Shown piece by piece: positions 52,329 to 64,000 of a DNA stretch of 64,000 nt (position 1 is its first letter; each line of letters opens with the position of its first letter). Made by a program: the position numbers and the translations under genes. The notes beneath the pieces are model-generated. The model ran no database searches. It saw only the letters and a list, made by a program, of their open reading frames with translations, and had not been told where the DNA came from. The stretch comes from Lingula anatina (Eukaryota; Animalia; Brachiopoda), in NCBI GenBank assembly GCA_051362555.1, contig CM120640.1, positions 60,366,788 to 60,430,787 on the forward strand, read 5' to 3'.

Positions 52329-55300
52329 GATTTGTGTAAATCTTTTCGAATGCACCGTTTTTATACATTCTAGTAATGGTCTTGAAAACATGATCAAAGT
52401 CGCTTAACATACCTGGATTCCAATAGTTATCATAAATCCTATCTATTTACTTGTCTGATACGCAGATCAAAGACAGTTACCTGGTTATTGATCAAGGGCA
52501 TGCTCCGTATGTGAAGCTATTTGACTTTAACTGTTCAGTGTCTGTTAATAAGGTAAAAGCCATACTGCATGTGATCATCAACTTATCGCGATATCTATCT
52601 GCCTATTATTCGTGATTACTGTGTGCCTTTATCTTTTTCTTGTCGCTGTGCTCAAATCCCTGTACATAAGTATAGCACGAAATACTCATATATTTATATG
52701 GGTAGGCTTTACTATTAATTGCTCATTTAAATGTGCTGATTTTTTTATTTGTTTATATCGTTAACGATATAGTTAATGTTTCTATGAATTTTATCTATTA
52801 TTGTACATAAGCGAAAAGGTGTGTATCACTAAAAAATCTAAAATTCGTAGGGCTGCATGTAGCGGTTTACATATGGAGATGCAAACATTAACTATTTGAG
52901 TTTTAAACCGCCGACTTATCATTTATATATTTGTATATATATATATATATATGGTCCCATTTCAAAACAAACTGCATTGATGACCTGTCGAATTAATCTA
53001 CTAGAAGCCCAGCATACCGATTACGCTAGCCGCAAACGAGCTAGGTAATCGTAACAGCTCAATGGACATGAATAGACGCTACGGATGCATTTCCCTTCGA
53101 GATAATATCTTGATCTTTATCATTGTGTCTTCCTCATTTAGCACAACCATCGATAACATTGAAAGCGTCACTACTGACAAAGAGCCGCGGTACATGACTT
53201 TTATTTACCGTCTTCAAGACGCACCTGGTGTAACCGTGTGTATGTGCTAGGTAATAATAGGCCTAATGCCACAAAAGACAAATGCCGTAGCTCCCGCATC
53301 TAGATCTATATCATAAGTAGCCGCCCACATATATTGTTCTTATCTCTTACTGAAAGTGTTATCGGCAATGTTATTCTGACCGTCTTGAATGAACTGACGC
53401 ATGCGTATTACGTTCATGGACAACGCGGCCATGTTGGGTGACGAACTTTTCAAAATTAACGTGAGGGACCATTTTCACGCTCGACGAAATTTTCAAAGGT
53501 AAAAAAATTACGTCGGCGGAAAATCGTCGTCCGACGAAATTCTCAAGAACGACGAAATTTTCAAGACTTTACCGTATTTAACCTTGCGTGGGAACACGAC
53601 CCGGAATTCAAACAGTGGGTGAAACGTGTGCCGAATGACAAGAAAAGAGCTAGCTGTTCAGTTTGCTTCTCTACATTTGATATATCGAACATGGGTGTTT
53701 CTTCACTGAAATCTCATGCTAGAGGTATGAAACACCGCGAAAATATGAGATTGACAAACTTGAATTCCTGTGGACAGTTATCGCTGAGTTCGTTATGGGG
53801 AAATACTATGAAATCACCTGGAAATAGTTGTACTACACTCACGCCTACATGTACCACTACGTCAGCATCAAGCAAGTCTTCATGTACCACAATGTCGGCA
53901 TCAAGCAAGTACGCTACGTTGGACACGTTTGTTTCAAAAGACGATGTTGTCAAAGCAGAGATTCTGTGGACATTGAAATTAATCACAGATCATCAGTCGT
54001 ACAGGTCTTCACAAAACATTGGTGAATTATTAAGGAGGATGGACCCTAACAGCAAGGTTGCACAACAATTCACTTGTGGCGAAAAGAAATCTGCTTACTT
54101 GTGCGTGTTTGGATTGGGGGAATATTTCGCTAGACTCCTGAAAGAAAGTGTAACTGGGCCATTTGTTATTTTGTTTGATGAAAGTCTGAATAAGAAGATG
54201 CAGAAGAAACAGATGGATATACATGTGAGATTTTGGAGTGAGGAGTGCCATAGAGTCGTGACAAGATACTTCACATCTGAATTTCTAGGTAAGTGTCATT
54301 TGAAATTAAACTTTTCCACTCTTAATACAATAATAATGATAATAGTGTATATATATATTAGATGCTAGACTTTATTGTCATAAGGTTAACTTGCCGTAAT
54401 GATGTATTTCAGTGAAAATTTATTAAAAACATGGGGCATATATATATATATATATATGATTTCATAATTATAACAAGATTTAATTATTTAGTCATATTTA
54501 ATCATTTCTGAATAAACAGCTTATATATTTTATTTTATTTTTTCAGGACATGCTACATCAGATGACATGGTCTCACATTTTAGTCAATGTGTTCTCAATA
54601 GTGGTCTACCAATCAAGAACATGTTGCAGATTAGCATGGATGGACCAAATGTGAATTGGAAATTCTATGACACAATATCGAGGAAAGTAGCAAATGACTA
54701 TGGATCCTCTCTCATCAACATCGGGTCATGTGGTTTACATATAGTCCACAACAGTTTTAAAGCAGGAGCAGAGTCCACAGATTGGAATGTAGCATCATGT
54801 CTTTCAGCCCTGTACTACCTGTTCAAAGATTCGCCAGCTAGGGCTGAGGACTATGTCAGAGTGACTGCAAGTAACATCATGCCACTGAAGTTTGTAAAAC
54901 ACAGATGGCTTGAGAATATTCCAGTATGTGACAGAGCTTTACTGATATGGAACAACATAGTATAGTATGTCGAAGCAATCGAATCTAAAAATCTCAAGAT
55001 GCCAACAAACATCTCGTACAAAGTTGTTAGCGAATGTACAAAGGATGAGCTGTTTCTTGCGAAGATGAATTTTTTTAAATCTGTCGCTTTGCAGCTAGAG
55101 CCATTTCTAACTAGGTATCAGACAGACAACCTATGATACCCTATTTGAGTGATGATCTCTGTTCTATCCTAAGATTGCTAATGAAGAGATTCATCAAAGA
55201 TGACGTGATGCAAACAGCAAGAAATCAGGAAAAACTAGTCAGAATTGATGTAACTGACAACAAGATCCACCTGGATTATAATAAAGTGGATTTGGGATTT

Positions 55301-56622
55301 TCAACGGATCGATCTCTAAGCAAGATTAAGAAAGGAGCAGTCAGTGAAAGAGGTTTAATGGAGTTCAGAATGGAGTGCAAGATGTTCCTAGTTACTGTTG
55401 TTGAAAAATTGCTCAAAAAATGTCCTGTGAGTTACAGTTTGGTAAGGTATTTGTCCTGCCTCAATCCTGTCAAAATGTCATCCGATGCAGACAAGGAGAA
55501 GTGTATTTCCAGCTTCAAAAAAGCTCTGTCAATTCTATTAAACCATAAACTTGTGAAAGAGAATGAGTGTGACAGACTTCAACAACAATACTGCTTGTTT
55601 CTAGATGAAATCCCTGTCATAGGATCTGCTGAATTCAAGCAGTATGATTCACAGCATGCCTGCCAAAATGGAATTGATGAATTGATTCACAGAACAATGT
55701 CCACCCCAGATGGCAGATTCAAAGATTTGTTGAAGCTAGTAACACATCTTTTAGTATTGTCTCATGGCCAAGCCTCAGTGGAGAGGGGTTTTAGTGTCAA
55801 CAAAGACGTGGAGGTAGAGAACATGAGAGCTCAAACCCTGGTTGCACAAAGGATTGTCTGTGACCATGTGGCGAAGGTTGGAGGAATATTTGAGGTCAAT
55901 ATCAACAAAGACTTGATACTGTATGCCAAGCAATCAAGGCAGAAATATGAACTGTTTCTCCAAACAGAAAGGGAGAAGAAAAACAGTGAAGAATTACAGA
56001 AAAAGAGAAAGTGCATCTTGGATGAGATTGATGATTTGAAAAAGAAGAAAAAAAGAATCCAGGAAGATATTGACAATTTAACCAAGGCTGCAGACAGTCT
56101 GTTCTTAAAAGCTGAGAAAACTAGGAAAATTTCCTTTGTTACCCAAGCAAACTCCCTTCGCAAGACAGCTGAGGAGAAAAAGAAAGAAATTACTGATATT
56201 GAAAAAGCCTTGGCTTCTTCAGTGGAAAAATTATAAACTTAGTTCAGCAATTCAAGAAGCAAAACAGACTGTTTAACTACATTTTCATAACAGATTAAAC
56301 TGTTATTTTTCAACAGTGCAATATACATCATGAACATTTAGACTCTTTAATGCATGATATATTGATTCATAAGACTAATAAATTCTAGCTGTGCCAAATA
56401 TTCTTGGTTATATTTTTACATATTCATATTGGATGGTTTACAAATAATAATTGTCCAGTGTAACATACTCCTGGAAAAAAAAATTATGTCCTTGAAAACT
56501 CCTGGAAAACTCCTGGAAATTAATTTTATTAAAGCTGGCAGAACCATGTACAAAAATGTTCACTACCAGCCATAGCTGAAAAGCAAGCATTTCCGATGCT
56601 CACAATGTGAGCAAAGGGGGAA

Positions 56623-56716
<94 letters not shown>

Positions 56717-56883
56717 CCATAGAACATCTTACAGAAAAAAATCAAAATCTTTAGGTTCGACATAATATCACCATCCATTATTTTATCCATTTATTTATAT
56801 AAGATTATATGTTTCAGTTTATATATAATACATGTATATACTACCCACAACCTCATTTTAAAATTTGCCATTTTAAATTTCAG

Positions 56884-57716
56884 TTGAGGAAGACTGTGTC
56901 TAGGCGTTTATACCCTAGGGATGTTGCTCCAGGTGTGCCACTGAAAACAACTGGGGATGGGAATTGTCTTTTTAGAGCTTGTTCCTTACTGTTGCTTGGG
57001 CATGATCGTTACCACACCGAAATGAGGGTGAGAGCTGTGACAGAACTGATTCTGAACAAAGAATACTTAGATGATGAATTTTTGAGCAGACTTATTGGTG
57101 GTAAGTAACCAAAAATTCTCAGACAGTTAAACATAACAACATATATATGTATATATCTTGAGTTATAAGGTGTACAGATTTGAAAATGACCCAGATGTTT
57201 TATTTATATATACCTCAAGGTCTCATTTTTGTGTTACTTGAGCCTGTTTTTTCTCTCTCAACAAAAATTGCAATAATTGTTTTAAAATGGTCTTTTGTAC
57301 TTGTAACATTTTATTCATGTTTTCTCTTTGAAGTGTATTTTGCCTTTGATGCAAATTTTTAGCTAGAATTATTTTAATTTCAGGATGAAGCACTCAAGTA
57401 GTGGATGTTCTATTACCCTCCTCAGTGACATCAATGAAAGGATGCAATGACATCACAGCTTTCCAGAGGGAAATTTTGAAATTGGCAAACCCCAATCAGT
57501 ATGCAAACATGTGGCATTTGTTTGCTTTGTCAGTAGTCTGTCACACTCCCATTGAATCTATCTACCCAGAAGTGGCAAATCCAGGGGTGGATCGACAACT
57601 AATGAATGTGACCATCACCCCACCCTCCGCATCAGCTGCCGTCATGAGAATCATGTGGACTCATACCACGAATGTAGAACTGAGGATGGGGACCCAACCA
57701 CTTTGTACCAGTGATA
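56884..57716 (+). pseudogene. Vertnin-like OTU cysteine-protease domain, two exons (56884-~57100 and 57384-~57716)
   Basis: TTGDGNCLFRACS...EMRVRAVTEL, YANMWHLFALS...IESIYP, IMWT and (after a frameshift) WGPNHFVP. Confidence 0.8.
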
Positions 57717-58866
57717 GACAGCTTGCCAACAAATGAGAATCAAAAGAGAAAACACAATGCAATGGATGAAGGTGAATTTCATATTGAAATGTGCTCTAAA
57801 TGCTGTAATAAGAAAAATTGATTGTTTTTGAACCTAGAAAAGCATGTTTTACCCTAACAAACCTGGGTATTGTCCGCCTTTTAAATTTATTTCAATTATG
57901 TAATTTTTAAAGCATATTACTATCATGATTTTGCGCAATAGCCTAGGAAACAAATTGTTAAATGTAAATTTTTTTCCCAAAATCCAAGGAGTATGACTTT
58001 TAAGCCCCCAGTAAGTGATCTTTGCCATTAATTTCCAGACAGTACCCATACAGTGCAAGACGAGGAAGCGATGCAAGAGGGGGTAAAAGTGTTTCCTGAA
58101 ACTTAACTTCTGCAGTGTGAAACTACAAAGAAGAAGCGCTCTGGAGGTAAAATAGAGGGGTGGATGGCCCATTTTTGATGAAAATAACTACTGACTGGTT
58201 ATAGTGCCATCATGTTATTTCTACTTAGTTATTTGATTTGGATAATGCACAGGATAATGCTCTTAAATGTGATGATGGCAGGAGTGTCATTTCTATGCAT
58301 ACTCAAGTGAGTACCTCCTGTTTCATTTTGTAGTAAATTCCATCTCAGTTTTGTGCATTTATGGTCATTTTGGCCAATTTCAGTGCCCTATGTCTAGTGT
58401 AAGAAATCTGATAACAGAAAAATTACAGGACTAGATTATGTCAAGACAGTTAACCAGGAGATAATTGACTTGGAAAAATAATGTTTAGGGAATATTCATT
58501 AAATGTAATTTTTTGACCAACATCCATGCAGTGCAGCTCCAAGTCCCTAGAAAGTGATCTTTACAATTAATTTCCAGGCAGTACCCAGACAGTGTTAGGC
58601 AAGGAAGAGACAGAAGAGGAGTTGAATGTGTTGCCAGAAACTGAACGTCTGGAGTCCGGGGTTACTAAGAAGAAACGTTCTGGGCCCGGTTTTATAAAGG
58701 ACATTTAGCACTAACCACCGGTTAAATCCAACGTTTAACTTAAACGACGTTTAACCAGGTTTCATAAAGGTCGTTTAGCACTAACCAATGGTTAAATCTT
58801 CTAAACGGTTGGTTAAATTTATACGCTCAAGGGAGGTAGTTTAAATTCCTTAACCGCCGGTTAAAA

Positions 58867-60284
58867 ATGGCAAACCTGCTGCGGTTTGCCAGAAATCCTC
58901 GCAGATATTTATATATATATATATACCTTTTAGACTGAGAAGAGAAGAAATTTCAGTAGAGATTTATTTGATTTTGATGGAGCAACTGAGCAAGAACTCA
59001 TTGAAAGATTTAGATTCAGTAGAAATTCAATACTGTACTTAGAAAACTTACTTCACAACCAAATAGCTCCAGAGACAGAAAGGAATCATTCTTTGAGTGT
59101 TAGAGAGCAACTTCTAATAGCACTGCGATTTTTCGCCTACGGTTCTTTTTTGAAAGTTTTGGGGGACACCGTTGGGCCCAGCAAATCGACTGTTAAGTCG
59201 AGTGGTCAGAAAGGTGGCCTTGGCTCTGTGTGAGCATCAAGCTGACTTCATCAAATTTCCTGCTACACCCCAGGCTGGGCAGGTGTGAAGGACGTTTTTT
59301 TTAGGATAGCTGGTTTCCCGGGATGTATTGGTAGCATTGACTGCACTCATGTGAGGATTCAAGCGCCTAGTGAAAAAGAGCCAGCGTTCGTGAACAGAAA
59401 AAAACTTTCACAGCATTAACGTACAGGCTGTATGTGACCACAAAGGTGTGTATTTTGTTTAGAAATTTTAATTCAAACAAATGGTCCTTACTGGCAAAAA
59501 AGTGAAAAATAACTGTAGATGAGACACTGTCATTCAGGCGAGTGAGCGGCCATCTTTGTAATAATATTGTGACACAGTGGCCAGGGAGTGTCCACGACTC
59601 ACATGTATTTAACACCTCCTCTCTTGGAAGAGAGCTAGCAAGGCATAATACATCAGAGTTAGGTACACTTCTTGGTGACAGCGGTTATCCCTTTAAACCA
59701 TACCTGCTAACACCATACCTGAATCCCACCACCAGGGCCCAAGAGAGGTTTAACAGATCCCATAAGGTAACACGGACATTGATTGAGAGAGAATTTGGAA
59801 TATGGAAAAGAAGGTAACTAGCTGGCAATATCCACCAAAAATTGTTATAAAATTATGTTTGTGAACATATTTGTACTGGGGGCACATGCTGGGGGGGGGG
59901 GGGGGGGGTCACTGCTACTTTGCTACATTTAAGAATGTACCAGCATATGCATTTAATACTTAAATATTCCATTAATTTATTCAGTAACTATATTTTCTTA
60001 ATAAATTCCAAATTTTGCTGTCTACATAAATTGTTTGCTTCTATTGGGTATTCTATTTATTTCCAGATTTCACTGCCTTCATGCCGAAATTACGAATGTC
60101 ACCAGGGAGGGTGTGCAATATCATTGGTGCGTGTGCAGTCTTGCACAACGTAGCCATTCTTAGGAATGAGCCACTGCCAGATGGAAATGATCCTGGTCCA
60201 GGCCCAGATATGGAAATTCAGTACAATGGCCCTGAAGACGGCAAGGCCGTAAGGGACCATGTGGCAAGGGCATTTTTCTCTTAA
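58867..60284 (+). pseudogene. Harbinger transposase, three exons, frameshifted
   Basis: [58 protein letters not shown] and CAVLHN. Confidence 0.9.
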
Positions 60285-60684
60285 TAATAATAAGTACTAT
60301 GAATATAGCCAAGTAGAAAAAACTTTAATATAAAACTTTAATATATTTTTCATGTAATATAAACTGTTTAATTTTAAATTTAAGTTTCAAGTACAAAGAA
60401 TTGTTTTTGTAATATTATTTGAACTAATAAATTGATCTATTTACATGTATGTACATACTACTAGTACATGTATACTGTCATATTGTACATATGTTGATTA
60501 ATAAACCAATAATATTTTAATACTGTAATTGACAATGAGTAAAGATATATTAACATTTTAGAAACATGTATACAACTATAAGTCATGTAAATCTGCAAAA
60601 AACAATAAAATGCCTGCTTTGCTATTGACAAAGGGTATTGATATACATAAACATTTCACAATTTAAACATTTTATACAACTACT

Positions 60685-60905
60685 TGCTGAGAGGCATGCA
60701 AAAATGGCGATGACTTGGGTACCACCGGGAGGCGAGCGCAAACGAGGTATACCAAGGATAACCTGGAGGAGAACCTTCTAGAATGATCTGCAAAGAGGTA
60801 ACATCAGGTGGGAGGAGATGGAGAAGGCCGCTGCCAACCGGACAAGTTGAAAAAAGTTTGCCGCCCAATGTCCTACGTCGGACAGGAGGAACTAATAATA
60901 AATAA
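60685..60905 (+). mobile_element. 5'-truncated RTE-type LINE 3' end
   Basis: AMTWVPPGGERKRGIPRITWRRT...WEEMEKAAANRTS...AAQCP followed by a (TAA)n/A-rich tail. Confidence 0.75.
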
Positions 60906-60985
60906 TAAAATAATCTGAAAGAAAGTGCTTTTAGAGATCACACTGTTAGAGAAGCAACTTTTTTTTAGCAATAAATTAACTAGCT

Positions 60986-63193
60986 CTACTCAGTTGCTAA
61001 AAGTTGCTTTTCTAATAGTTGAATCTCTAAAAGCAGTTTCTTCTCAGTAAGTTTGGCATTAATTGCCTCCTGCTTCAAAACTTGCTTCTGTAGACTTTCC
61101 ACATCTGATTCTGTTCTTTCTACAATGAAGAAAAGAGATATAACATATACTGTAATGTTACTTATGCAAAAGTTCAAGCCTTTTATTAAAAAAATTGTTA
61201 TTTTTACTTAACATAACAAATGAAAACAGGTACTTTGGGTACAAGCACAGACAGTAACATATTGTGTATAACTGAAGTCTGCACTGGCTCTTCAATATGT
61301 CTTACCTGTTCTTGACATGCTACATGTGTGCTTCTTTCTTTTCTTTGGAATTTGGGTTTCTCTTGACTTGACTTGCTAGTAGTGGGGACGGGAGGCGGGA
61401 ACGGGAATGGTGGAGAATCTGTAAATAGTTGTAAAATTATATAATATTTACCTGTAATAAAAAAATACATACATTGCATGTATAAAACTACTAGTATATT
61501 TTACTTTTTTTTTCTTTTTTTTAATAACTATCCATAATCTGGTAAAAACATCAAAGAAACTAGTTTCCTTTTGAATATTTTTATGATATTATTATCATTA
61601 TAATTATTTATTCATTTATTATTATTATTTTTATTTATTTATTGATTTTTTTAAATAAGTACATAGATTTCTAAACATACTTTGGCAATCTAAATCATCT
61701 AGCAGTGATTCTAAATCCACTGTAACTATATCATCTGTACTTCCTTGTAAATTAGGGATTTCAGCCACTTCAAAGAACAAAAAAATTCACATCAATTCAA
61801 TTAAAACAATTTGCATTTTCAATTATTTTAATTATTTTATTGAAATAAAATATTTGTTTTGATTTTAGAGAATTGATACAATATGATATCATTTGTGATA
61901 GTAAAAATGACATGGAAATGGCATTAGCAAATTTTCCTCATTTTAGTGTATGTGGGAGAGTGGGTATCTAAGTTTCAAAAGAGACACAAGTCCATTGTAA
62001 TTTTGCTCAAGTACTCTTGCCTGGCACGCAATGATCTCGTGACCCAGTTCTGAGCTGTCACTCACTTTTGAACTGGTCAAAACAAGTGCGCTCAAACGCA
62101 GTTCGGTTTTACCGTTTGATTCATGGAAGAGCTTACGCTGTATTTTTTAACTCATTTGCAAGGATTGGGTAGGATATTGGGATTATTATCACTGATCAAC
62201 ATGTTTAGTTTGAGGACAACAATGCCCATTAGATCTATTCAGTGGAAGAAATATATTTTTTTAAAGTTTTGCTGGAACGTGCACGATGATACGGCGCGGG
62301 ACCATTCAGGAATTTGGGAAATGATGGAATTACTGTAACGGAGGTTTTATCTAACAGTACACGGAACAAGAAGTATGCACTTATCAGTATGCTTGGATGT
62401 ATGGTTACGGTCTCTGTTAGATCTTTTCACAGTAGAGGAAATATTGTTTTTTGTACTTTTTCTGAAACATGTTCGACAGCGTGGGAATGGGACATTACGA
62501 CAGTAGTGCATCGGAGGTTTTATCTAAGAGTAAAAGAGGCCAAGAACAATGCACTGGATGGAAATACATGTCTAAATGTTCAACGCAGGTTTTTATCATA
62601 ATAAAAGGTAACAATCACATTAATTGCTTTTTCTTGAGTTCCACCAATAGAAAATGTCTCGACGAGTGTAAGGTCAAGGTCATTTGAAATGCACGTCTCT
62701 GAAGCAGACGACATAATGCATTATCGTCAGCATAGCATTTATAAAATTACTAATCTATTTATTAAATCAATAATTGTAAAATAATTTAATCATGAAGTAC
62801 CTGTTGTCTCAAACCCATCGGACACACCACAAAGGCGGGGTCGTCCTTGTGCAGCTGTATGATCTTTTCTGTTGTGGCATCCAGCGGTGGAGCAGGAGCT
62901 CCACCCCTAGTCTTGGCACTATGGCTGCGTAGCCCACAGTGAGCTTTCTTGGCCGCAGTAACCAGCTGCCTCCATTTTTCTTTACATTCTTCATGTATTC
63001 TGCTAGCTGTACCAACAGCAGTGATTTTCCTGCTAATCTTGAGCCACACATCAAGCTTGGACTTGTTGTCCAAGCTTAATGTGTGCTTGTTCTTGATGGT
63101 GCTGTGGTCTGCCTCTACCAGCTCCACCAGTAAAGTCTGTTCACTGACAGACCAGTTTTGTTTTCTGCTCCTCTTTTTCTCGGACATTGACAT
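60986..63193 (-). pseudogene. Myb/SANT-like gene of the second Harbinger (exon 63193-62801 plus small downstream exons)
   Basis: RSRKQNWSVSEQTLLVELV...VWLKISRKI...CKEKWRQL...KTRGG; coiled-coil last exon LQKQVLKQE. Confidence 0.8.
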
Positions 63194-64000
63194 ATTTCCA
63201 AAGTAGATCAAAGCAGACAACACAAATGAGCAATTAATTATCATATATATTTATTTTGTTTATAGAAACCTATTGCATTCTGGGGAATTTTATTTCCAAA
63301 TATGGTCTGGATAAGTTGTTTATAGCAACTAAACACTTGTTAAGAAAATTAAACGTCCGTTAACTAACCGGCTGTTTAAACTCTGTTTATAAAACACAAT
63401 TTTAACCGCTGTTTAGTTAGCAGTGTTTAGAGAATTTAACTACTGGTTAGGCTTATACACTGGTTAGTGGTAAACGTCCTTTATAAAACCGGGCCCTGGT
63501 GGTTAACTAGAGGGGTGGATGGCCCAGTTCAAATGGTTGAAAATAAGAACTGACTGTGGTCATAGTGCTGTTATGTGTGTCACCTGTATTAATGCCAAAA
63601 AAGATAATGTATTGACATCAGGCAAAAAGAAACTGGCTACAACAAAGAAGGATGACCTGGTAAAGCACATGCATTCTGTAGATCATCGGACAGCCTCATC
63701 TCTACCAACAATGAGAAAAAGTTTGCAAAAGGCTTGCCATCATGCTCATAACACGGTGAAAAATGCCATTATAGCCCAGATGCGAACTGTCCTGACACAA
63801 GCAAAGGAAGCCATTCCTTCAGTGAAAAATTCAAAACTAATCAAACTTCAAATCCAAAATGTAAGTTTACTTGTGCAAAGGTGTATGTGATACAGTAGTT
63901 GCTTAATTAATTTGAGTAAAACAATTATTTTGTTAATTTTTTTTTCTTGGTCTGGCTAGGTGGCTCCCACTGTGCAAAGACAAAAGAATGTCCTGCGCGA

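Larger units (their letters stand above)
47701..53574 (-). mobile_element. Intact autonomous pogo-superfamily (DD35D, Passer-like) transposon, 5874 bp, carrying two genes
   Basis: Perfect TIR CGGTAAAGTCTTGAAAATTTCGTCG and TA duplication at 47699-47700 and 53575-53576. Confidence 0.96.
47674..56236 (+). pseudogene. hAT transposase: 47674-47700 + 53577-54288, intron, 54547-56236; one nonsense codon (54963-54965) and one frameshift (~55130)
   Basis: Removing the pogo gives MSTTKGICVFNLAWEHDPEFKQWVKRVP..CSVC..H..GMKH. Later motifs LFDESLN, SMDGPNVN, CGLHIVHN, SPAR, HRWLEN and SHGQASVERGFS. Confidence 0.9.
47312..56548 (+). mobile_element. hAT transposon with a 6-bp TSD (hAT5/hAT6-like), interrupted by the pogo element
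   Basis: Ends CATGGTTC...GAACCATG, TSD TACAAA (47306-47311 and 56549-56554), and CCTGGAA subterminal repeats at both ends. Confidence 0.88.
58683..63495. mobile_element. Second PIF/Harbinger transposon (4.8 kb), degenerate
   Basis: TIR GGCCCGGTTTTATAAAGGAC, TSD CTG, and TTAAC/AACC subterminal repeats. Confidence 0.93.
58036..63860 (+). pseudogene. Two tandem paralogous TTF-type zinc finger exons of a ZNF862-like hAT ORF (~58036-58306; 58578-58682 + 63499-63860); the second is split by a Harbinger and the ORF may continue past the window end
   Basis: KKRSGGKIEGWMA vs KKRSGG*LEGWMAQFKWL..AVMCVTC..KKDDLVKHMHSVDH. Confidence 0.7.

Noticed and set aside
51600-52400. A histone gene or pseudogene explaining the stem-loop
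   Set aside because: No histone-fold or histone-tail peptide is recognisable nearby; the upstream ORF is HIRAN-like.
56529-56790. Lys/Tyr-Ile/Phe ORFs and an apparent A-(TA)n-T palindrome
   Set aside because: Simple-sequence microsatellite and homopolymers only.
61890-62700. Insertion within the second Harbinger's Myb intron
   Set aside because: Composition differs from the flanks, but no termini or protein motif could be supported.

Overview
AT-rich animal genomic DNA, probably a marine lophotrochozoan (inferred from the repeat types, not proven). Bases 1-8.1 kb hold the last 15 coding exons and 3' UTR of the cohesin loader NIPBL on the + strand. From about 9 kb to the end the window is a dense, nested transposon array. 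It contains decayed fragments of Penelope, Gypsy, Academ, hAT, piggyBac, Harbinger, P/THAP9, MULE and RTE elements, almost all coding on the + strand. It also contains a Helentron-type non-autonomous element with a 146-bp array, two full-length Harbingers, a 6-bp-TSD hAT, and two members of one pogo family. The most striking object is the intact pogo (DD35D) element at 47701-53574. Its transposase starts with a perfect PCNA-binding PIP box. It also carries a second, spliced HIRAN-like gene whose 3' UTR ends in a canonical replication-dependent histone mRNA stem-loop plus a purine-rich downstream element. Together these suggest an S-phase/replication-fork-coupled transposon. Family assignments come from motif recognition only; no database searches were run.
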